From positions 11,405 through 75,404 of the IMG/VR virus record IMGVR_UViG_3300024346_000041: a DNA stretch of 64,000 bases. One strand, 5' to 3'. The notes below the pieces were generated by a model. The model saw nothing but the letters and a program-made list of their open reading frames with translations, had not been told where the DNA came from and did not search any database. Positions 58,541 to 64,000 of the stretch are shown here, one piece after another (within the stretch, counting starts at the first letter, position 1; the number at the start of each line of letters is the position of its first letter). The DNA comes from a virus. The position numbers and the translations under genes were made by a program.

Positions 58541-60457
58541 ATGAGAATAAAAGCCCTGTTTAACAAACATATCGGTAAAGACATATATGTGGTAGGCACA
58601 GGGCCCACTGTTAGGCTACTTCCAAAAGGATTTTTTAAAGGAAGAATAACTATAGGCCTTAACCAGGCTTATAAAGTTATGGAACCTACATACAATCTGA
58701 CAGCTCATCCAGAGCTAGAAGTTGAATATAGATCTCTTTTAAGAAAAGGAAAGGTAAAGAAAACTACTTGGGTCGTAAAGCATAAGACTCCTACTTATTT
58801 AAAGTTAGAAGATAAGGCAAGATACGTATTTCACACCTCAGACGATTGGAAAGACTTTATAGGAGCTAAGCCTGACGTTTTGTTTCTTGGAAAGGGTATA
58901 CAGCTAACTGCTATAGATTTAGCCTGTCGCATGCGTGCTAGATCTGTTATTCTAGTTGGAGTAGACCTAGGGTCTGTAGCTGGGGACCACCACGGGCATA
59001 ACCAGCATGTTAGATTTAATGGCCTTCCTGCTTCAGAAGTCTATAGAGAGTATAGACTATGGACCTATAGGGCTAGAAAGCTAGCTAGAGAAAAGTTAGG
59101 AATAGCTGTATTATCGCTATCTCCCTTGTTAGGGTGTGGCGGCGATGTGCATCAAGAAGATTATGCACAGTTTATAAAAGAACTTGGTTTGTTGGGGTTA
59201 CCTAGACCTCAAGACATATCCAGGTACAAAAGAGTTGGAATAGATTTACCTTTAAATCAGGAGTCGAGAATGACAAGCAGGTACGACCATCTTACGTCAG
59301 CGATTAAGGACACCATTAACAACAGTAAGAATAATAAGCCTTACCGTATAGTTGAGGTTGGAGTACATAACGCAGACAGGTCAGCAGCCTTGGTAGCTTT
59401 GGCTAAGAGGCTTGGTAGAACTAACATTGAGTTCTACGGGTTTGATATGTTTGAAGACGCTACAGAACAGATTAAAGAAAGGGAGCACTTACAGGGTCAA
59501 TCTGATCCAGTAAGCAGAGATTTAGCCAGACAGAAGATTACAGCTGCAGGAGCCAGCTTAGTACAGCTTGTTAAAGGTGATACTAGAGTCACGCTTCCTA
59601 CAGCTAGCGCTGACATGCCAAACGTTACCATAGTCAGTATTGATGGAGGAAGATCGCCTGAGACCATTGCGTCTGATTTGATGTTTCTTCTTAGAGTATG
59701 TGTGCCTGGTACTAAGATAGTAATTAATAACTGCATTCAGTCTAACTACTGTGTAGGTTCAGCTTTCCTTAGCAAGTCCTACAGCCTTTTGAAAGACAAC
59801 TACGGAGTCACAGTAGACGAAGTGTTGCCAGAGGATGAAGTTGGAGGCGTTAACGTAAGATGTATTGTAGCATCTTGTTCTTACCAGCTTACTCCTAGCA
59901 AGCTTAGCGGTCTTGATAGCCTTCTTCTATTGGAGGCGTCTCCACTACCAGACCCAGAGCCAAAAGAAGCTAATCCAATCGACACCTTTATCGACAATGT
60001 ACCTTCTGTCGATGAGCTAGTTGAAGTTAATTCGGTTAAAGAGGAGGAGGCCAGCCCAGCAGCTGTTGAGACGTTTCCAGCCTCTGGTGGCTGTTGTAAT
60101 ACCGACGTACAATCAGTTCGATTATGCGAGGATAGCTGTGGAAAGCCTGCTGGCGAGCTCTGCGAACAGCTTGGCGGTAGTTGTGGACGACGGGAGCCCC
60201 GAGTGGAATCCTGCCATGTGGGAGAAGTATCCGAAGCACCGTCTGCTCCTGTACAGATTCGAGAAGAACGACAAGAATCTGACAAGGTCGTGGAACAAGG
60301 GAATACAGTTAGCCCTGAGCCTGAATCCAAAGATAATAGTGTCGGGGAACTCAGACCTGAAGTTTCCACAGAATTGGATACTGGGAATCGAAGAGGCTCT
60401 AGAAGGCGCCGCAGGCGTAGTGGGACCGACGACGAATGCACCGGGCCACAGAGCTAG
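58541..60457 (+). CDS. DUF115/Maf-like domain fused to a class I SAM methyltransferase and an overprinted acidic tail
   Basis: YVVGTGPT...ILVGVD; internal AGGAG-ATG at 59270; IVEVGVHNA, YGFDMFE, KGDT, IDGG. Confidence 0.65.
   Translation: MRIKALFNKHIGKDIYVVGTGPTVRLLPKGFFKGRITIGLNQAYKVMEPTYNLTAHPELEVEYRSLLRKGKVKKTTWVVKHKTPTYLKLEDKARYVFHTSDDWKDFIGAKPDVLFLGKGIQLTAIDLACRMRARSVILVGVDLGSVAGDHHGHNQHVRFNGLPASEVYREYRLWTYRARKLAREKLGIAVLSLSPLLGCGGDVHQEDYAQFIKELGLLGLPRPQDISRYKRVGIDLPLNQESRMTSRYDHLTSAIKDTINNSKNNKPYRIVEVGVHNADRSAALVALAKRLGRTNIEFYGFDMFEDATEQIKEREHLQGQSDPVSRDLARQKITAAGASLVQLVKGDTRVTLPTASADMPNVTIVSIDGGRSPETIASDLMFLLRVCVPGTKIVINNCIQSNYCVGSAFLSKSYSLLKDNYGVTVDEVLPEDEVGGVNVRCIVASCSYQLTPSKLSGLDSLLLLEASPLPDPEPKEANPIDTFIDNVPSVDELVEVNSVKEEEASPAAVETFPASGGCCNTDVQSVRLCEDSCGKPAGELCEQLGGSCGRREPRVESCHVGEVSEAPSAPVQIREERQESDKVVEQGNTVSPEPESKDNSVGELRPEVSTELDTGNRRGSRRRRRRSGTDDECTGPQS
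59931..59944. repeat. dispersed palindrome, one mismatch (TGGAGGCGTCTCCA)
   Basis: Inside a CDS, read as LEASPL. Confidence 0.7.
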
Positions 60458-60815
60458 TCAGAGCGTAGGCAAGTATTACCCAGGGTTTAAAGTTAATGAC
60501 TCAGACGACTACATATCAAAGGTATCGTCTGAGTTGTTTCGTCTTCAATCAGGTAAAACTGTAAGCTCACCTCTAAACGGTTTCTGCATAGCAGCTAAGG
60601 CAGTTACATGGCTAAAAGGATCTATGGGGCCAGGGCTGTTCTTCAATCCAAAGTATAAGATGACTCGTAACGAAGACGAGCTAATGGGCAGATGGAAGAG
60701 GCTAGGTATAACTAGCGCAGTAGCTTGCTCAAGCTTCGTGTTTCATTACCGAGGTGTTACCAGAAAGCCTAGTGGTAAGGGAGCTGGTAAGGGTCATTTG
60801 AGGATTGACTCATGA
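60021..60815 (+). CDS. GT2 glycosyltransferase (5' part overlaps the upstream gene)
   Basis: VVIPTYNQ, VVDDGS, SWNKG, GNSD, NGFC, FVFHY; exact start uncertain. Confidence 0.8.
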   Translation: MKLIRLKRRRPAQQLLRRFQPLVAVVIPTYNQFDYARIAVESLLASSANSLAVVVDDGSPEWNPAMWEKYPKHRLLLYRFEKNDKNLTRSWNKGIQLALSLNPKIIVSGNSDLKFPQNWILGIEEALEGAAGVVGPTTNAPGHRASQSVGKYYPGFKVNDSDDYISKVSSELFRLQSGKTVSSPLNGFCIAAKAVTWLKGSMGPGLFFNPKYKMTRNEDELMGRWKRLGITSAVACSSFVFHYRGVTRKPSGKGAGKGHLRIDS

Positions 60816-61438
60816 GGTACTGGAAGCCAAAGCCGAACATACCAGCCAGTGCCAAGGTAGGCATATCTTTAGTCACATACAATCAAGGCAATTCTCTGGC
60901 ATCTCTCATATACGCATTGAAGGCACAGACTTACAAGAACTTTAAAGCTTACATATCACATGATGGGCCATGGGCTGATGATGAGTCTTTGTCAGCCTGT
61001 AAGTCAGCAATTGGTGGGGACTCAAGGTTTGATTTATCGTGCACGCCTTTTAGGGTTGGAAAGCATGGGCATAACATGAGGCAGCCTGGTTTAGACAGGG
61101 CTGTTAATGACGGATGTGACTGGTTATGCACTATGAACGCAGACTGCTGGTATGTTCCTGTATACTTTGAATGGATGTTATCTAAGGCTTACTCCGATAA
61201 GGCTAGCTTCGTCTACTGTAACATGGTACATAGTCACAAGTTGTGGGCTCCAGTTAGCACTGCCCTAATGAGAGGGCGAATTGATGGAGGCGCTTGGATA
61301 GCGAGCGCTTGCCTGTGCAGTAAGGTTAAGTGGGATAGCACAGATTTCGCTGCTGACTGGTTTTTTGTAAATAACCTTTCAACTTTGCCAGAGTTCAAGC
61401 CTGCCAAGGTAGAAGGCTATTTATTTACGCATAACTGA
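60812..61438 (+). CDS. GT2 glycosyltransferase
   Basis: LVTYNQ, QTYKNF..YISHDGP, NADCWY, AADW. Confidence 0.75.
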   Translation: MRYWKPKPNIPASAKVGISLVTYNQGNSLASLIYALKAQTYKNFKAYISHDGPWADDESLSACKSAIGGDSRFDLSCTPFRVGKHGHNMRQPGLDRAVNDGCDWLCTMNADCWYVPVYFEWMLSKAYSDKASFVYCNMVHSHKLWAPVSTALMRGRIDGGAWIASACLCSKVKWDSTDFAADWFFVNNLSTLPEFKPAKVEGYLFTHN

Positions 61439-61448
61439 TAGGCTCATA

Positions 61449-62489
61449 ATGAGAATAGGATTCGATATTCAGTATAAGCCTCACGATGCCGTATATGCGG
61501 CAATGCGTTTGTCTGATTCATTACGTGCTATAGGGTATGAGACCACTCTGTTCAGTAAGCTTAAGCGCGGGCACACGTACGGTTGCGATTGGGATTCGGT
61601 TGTAGTCACACCTGATGTCATGAGCTACCAGCAGTGGCTCAAAGGCATTACTCACATCATATGGCCTGTGCCTCCAGACAAAGATCTAATTCATAAGGTT
61701 GGTAAGAACATAGTAACAATAGCTCTAGCCCCTTGGGACTGCCTTCCAGCCTATAGTAGAAAGTCATTTAAGCTATGTGCTCACACTGTAGCTCCAAGCC
61801 CTAGTAACGCTCAGACTTTAAAGAAAGACTTTGATCTTAAGAACGTATCCACTGTTGAGTGGGACAGCTTAATACCTTTTACTAGGAAAGACGTTGGAAG
61901 CGTAGACATGTCTAAGCCCAAGGTGCTTATACCTCTGCACTCCACTCAAGGCCTTAGATGCGACATAGACGCTTTATTCGATGTAGCCCTTGGCGTAAAC
62001 AAGCTATGCCCTCATGCTGAGCTGTCTATATCATATAGCCCTAGGTGTATGTCTTGGGAGGTTGTAAGAGAGCTAAGGCACTTCTTTAAAAAGAACCATC
62101 AGATAAAGCCTATTATAGACTCAACCACATGTGTAAGCTCTCTTCTGCTGTATGGCAATCACGACCTAGTCATATGGCCTGCTGAGATCGAAGGGTTTGG
62201 TTTAGTTGGCATAGAGTCTTTGTATATGGGTACTCCTGTCATAGCCTATAACATACCACCTATGTCCAATATAATAGTTGATGGTTCTAACGGAATATTA
62301 GTATCATGTGACCAAGGTGGATCTACCAACGGTGTAGTGTTTGCTAAGCCTGATGCTAATAGGTTCTTTAATGCGGCTGCTGATATCATCAATCACGGCT
62401 TAGACAACCTTAATAAGAATACCAAGCTTGGTCGTAAGGCTAAGCGTAACAAGTTTAATGCATCTTGGAAGAAGATTATAGAGGGGTAG
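61449..62489 (+). CDS. GT4 (GT-B) glycosyltransferase
   Basis: EGFGLVGIESLYMGTPVIAYNIPPMSNIIVDGSNG. Confidence 0.8.
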   Translation: MRIGFDIQYKPHDAVYAAMRLSDSLRAIGYETTLFSKLKRGHTYGCDWDSVVVTPDVMSYQQWLKGITHIIWPVPPDKDLIHKVGKNIVTIALAPWDCLPAYSRKSFKLCAHTVAPSPSNAQTLKKDFDLKNVSTVEWDSLIPFTRKDVGSVDMSKPKVLIPLHSTQGLRCDIDALFDVALGVNKLCPHAELSISYSPRCMSWEVVRELRHFFKKNHQIKPIIDSTTCVSSLLLYGNHDLVIWPAEIEGFGLVGIESLYMGTPVIAYNIPPMSNIIVDGSNGILVSCDQGGSTNGVVFAKPDANRFFNAAADIINHGLDNLNKNTKLGRKAKRNKFNASWKKIIEG

Positions 62490-62492
62490 CTT

Positions 62493-62858
62493 ATGGACGT
62501 CCTAGCTGTAAGAAAAGAAGAGAAGTTATGGGGCCGCAACCATATCATTCACTTAGATAACTCCTTTCAGATATGCCACATACACATCCTCAAGGGCGGG
62601 TACTGCTCTAATCACTTTCATCAGAGCAAGTGGAATCAATTCTATATCGTCTCGGGTAAGCTAATGGTCAGCTGCTATAACCCAGATGGCACTATAAAGA
62701 GCACCATCATTCTTAGACCTACCGAGTGCATCAAGATACCACCAGGCTTAAACCATAAGTTCGAAGCTATAGAAGAGACTGAAGCTTTAGAGATCTATTG
62801 GCCTGAGCTATCGGAGCACGATATCGTGCGTACAGACATAGGCGGCATCAAGTCTTAA
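62493..62858 (+). CDS. cupin (mannose-6-phosphate isomerase-like)
   Basis: KLWG, CSNHFH..KWNQFYIVSG, IPPGLNHKF, DIVR. Confidence 0.75.
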   Translation: MDVLAVRKEEKLWGRNHIIHLDNSFQICHIHILKGGYCSNHFHQSKWNQFYIVSGKLMVSCYNPDGTIKSTIILRPTECIKIPPGLNHKFEAIEETEALEIYWPELSEHDIVRTDIGGIKS

Positions 62859-62876
62859 TCCTAATCAACAGTAATT

Positions 62877-62920
62877 GTCCTACTGTCCTATCGTCCTACT
62901 GTCCTATTATTTTATAGGAC
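62877..62920. repeat. four 8-bp tandem repeats GTCCTA(CT/TC/CT/TT) plus an inverted copy ATAGGAC
   Basis: Direct reading of the sequence. Confidence 0.8.
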
Positions 62921-62924
62921 GGCT

Positions 62925-62969
62925 AGTGGAGACGTCTCCACTTAATTCAACCAATAAGTGCGTCATAAT
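62925..62969 (+). promoter_or_regulatory. palindrome plus promoter module (copy A)
   Basis: 43/45 identical to 63402..63446; ends in TGCGTCATAAT. Confidence 0.8.
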
Positions 62970-63034
62970 GAGGTGTATACGTAGGTATTAGTAGATGAGC
63001 TCCAAAGCTCATCGCCTGCGTTATCATTAGTTAC

Positions 63035-63346
63035 ATGGAGGTTAGTATGAAGACTTTATCACTATTACCTTGCGTAAAATTGTCTGACTCCCTGCGTAGA
63101 GCAGGGTTCAAACGCGTCGTTGGGTATGGACCGCACACCGCAGAGATCCGCAGCACAAAGAGAAAATGCGGAGTTAGCGTCGACGTCGACGTAGACGCAC
63201 AGCAATTCTCTTGTGTGTTGCTAAACGATTGGGATGACTCATGCTGTATGTACATGTCGTCAAACTCACAGCAAGACCAGTTCTCCAGCGAGAGCTGGGA
63301 TGAGCTAATTGATTGGATCAAGCAATCCCCAAGAAGGATTGCTTAG
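63035..63346 (+). CDS. hypothetical protein (single-gene cassette; likely start 63047)
   Basis: GGAGG RBS; lies between a promoter module and a terminator. Confidence 0.55.
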   Translation: MEVSMKTLSLLPCVKLSDSLRRAGFKRVVGYGPHTAEIRSTKRKCGVSVDVDVDAQQFSCVLLNDWDDSCCMYMSSNSQQDQFSSESWDELIDWIKQSPRRIA

Positions 63347-63354
63347 TTACGATT

Positions 63355-63398
63355 CACATCATGCCTTCGGGCATGGTGTGTTTCTTTTTTAGCTATCA
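63355..63398 (+). terminator. Rho-independent terminator with C(UUCG)G loop, ending in TTTTTTAGCTATCA
   Basis: CACATCATGCC-TTCG-GGCATGGTGTG plus T tract. Confidence 0.85.
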
Positions 63399-63401
63399 AC
63401 C

Positions 63402-63452
63402 AGTGGAGACGTCTCCACTTAATCCAACCTATAAGTGCGTCATAATATAGTG
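63402..63452 (+). promoter_or_regulatory. palindrome plus promoter module (copy B)
   Basis: AGTGGAGACGTCTCCACTTAATCCAACCTATAAGTGCGTCATAATATAGTG. Confidence 0.8.
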
Positions 63453-63538
63453 GTTACACGTACCTGTAAAAACGTGAGCAGTCCTACGAACTTTTCGTTG
63501 GCTGTGTTTGAATGTTTATATTTCAAGGAGATTGCACT

Positions 63539-64000
63539 ATGGATAATTTAAAGAACTTTCAAGAACTAGAGGACGGTTGGTGTTCTTTTGAGACCACCGG
63601 AGACGCAGCGGCCGACATCTGGGCCCGTTTGGTTAACAGAGAATACCGGTTGGAAACCGGATTTCGTCGGCATTTTACAGCAATCTCAGAAGTAACATCA
63701 TTAACGAAGGAATGGGCCGATGTGCTTCTTGCACATGCCAAAATGGTAGAGGGCGACGATGCACCAGTTGCAATGATAGAGGAAGGAGAAGAATGTATAA
63801 CTCTAGGCTGGGACGGTACATTTACACCTGGCCGTAAGGTTAGGGTAGAGATATTTTCGGAGGACTCTGAAAAAAAAGAGGTGGCTTACGTAAGATACTG
63901 TACCGGAACCGGAAAGACCTCTAAGTTTTTAAGTAGTATTTTTGAAGAGTCTATAGCTAAATCAGAATACAGAGTCATTCCTAAAGCGTTAGCTAGAGAT
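63539..64000 (+). CDS. hypothetical protein, runs off the right edge
   Basis: AAGGAG RBS; MDNLKNFQELEDGW..., open to the window end. Confidence 0.7.
   Translation, partial: MDNLKNFQELEDGWCSFETTGDAAADIWARLVNREYRLETGFRRHFTAISEVTSLTKEWADVLLAHAKMVEGDDAPVAMIEEGEECITLGWDGTFTPGRKVRVEIFSEDSEKKEVAYVRYCTGTGKTSKFLSSIFEESIAKSEYRVIPKALARD

Noticed and set aside
59881-60441. 186-aa minus-strand ORF as a third coding frame
   Set aside because: Explained by the local GC rise and stop depletion of the dual-coding region; low-complexity product
1534-63419. Palindrome as a cloning scar or adapter (it contains overlapping BsmBI sites and an AatII site)
   Set aside because: Copies preserve reading frames within intact genes, have variable symmetric flanks and a degenerate variant, and two are part of a longer conserved promoter module
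62925-63446. CRISPR array
   Set aside because: Only two repeats, 477 bp apart, with a gene and terminator between them; no cas genes

Overview
Segment of a large, AT-rich tailed-phage genome. Almost all genes lie on the + strand. I found no rRNA, tRNA or CRISPR array. Packaging genes are a GpA-type large terminase and a probable portal. The replication/recombination block has SbcD, SbcC, an SF2 helicase, a DnaB-like helicase, primase, a family A DNA polymerase with an N-terminal UDG-like domain, a dNMP kinase, a probable SSB, RecA, a DEDDh exonuclease and RuvC. Host-control genes are CsrA, a sigma-70 region-4 protein and two RNAP alpha-CTD-like proteins. About a dozen glycan-modifying genes are present, including a plant RGP/UDP-arabinopyranose-mutase homolog and two sulfotransferases. 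Several proteins suggest a Planctomycetota host (inference). The main signals not explained by the gene list are: (1) the palindrome TGGAGACGTCTCCA in nine exact copies, mostly inside genes and in all three frames, plus a ParB-like HTH protein as candidate reader; (2) a secreted HEAT-repeat gene with an in-frame UGA followed by a SECIS-like hairpin, a possible phage selenoprotein; (3) a perfect 62-bp inverted repeat around one gene, near an apparent strand-skew switch; (4) repeated promoter/terminator modules delimiting small gene cassettes; (5) a 437-nt dual-coding overlap; (6) a multi-stem intergenic RNA structure. All family assignments come from motif recognition by eye; no searches were run.
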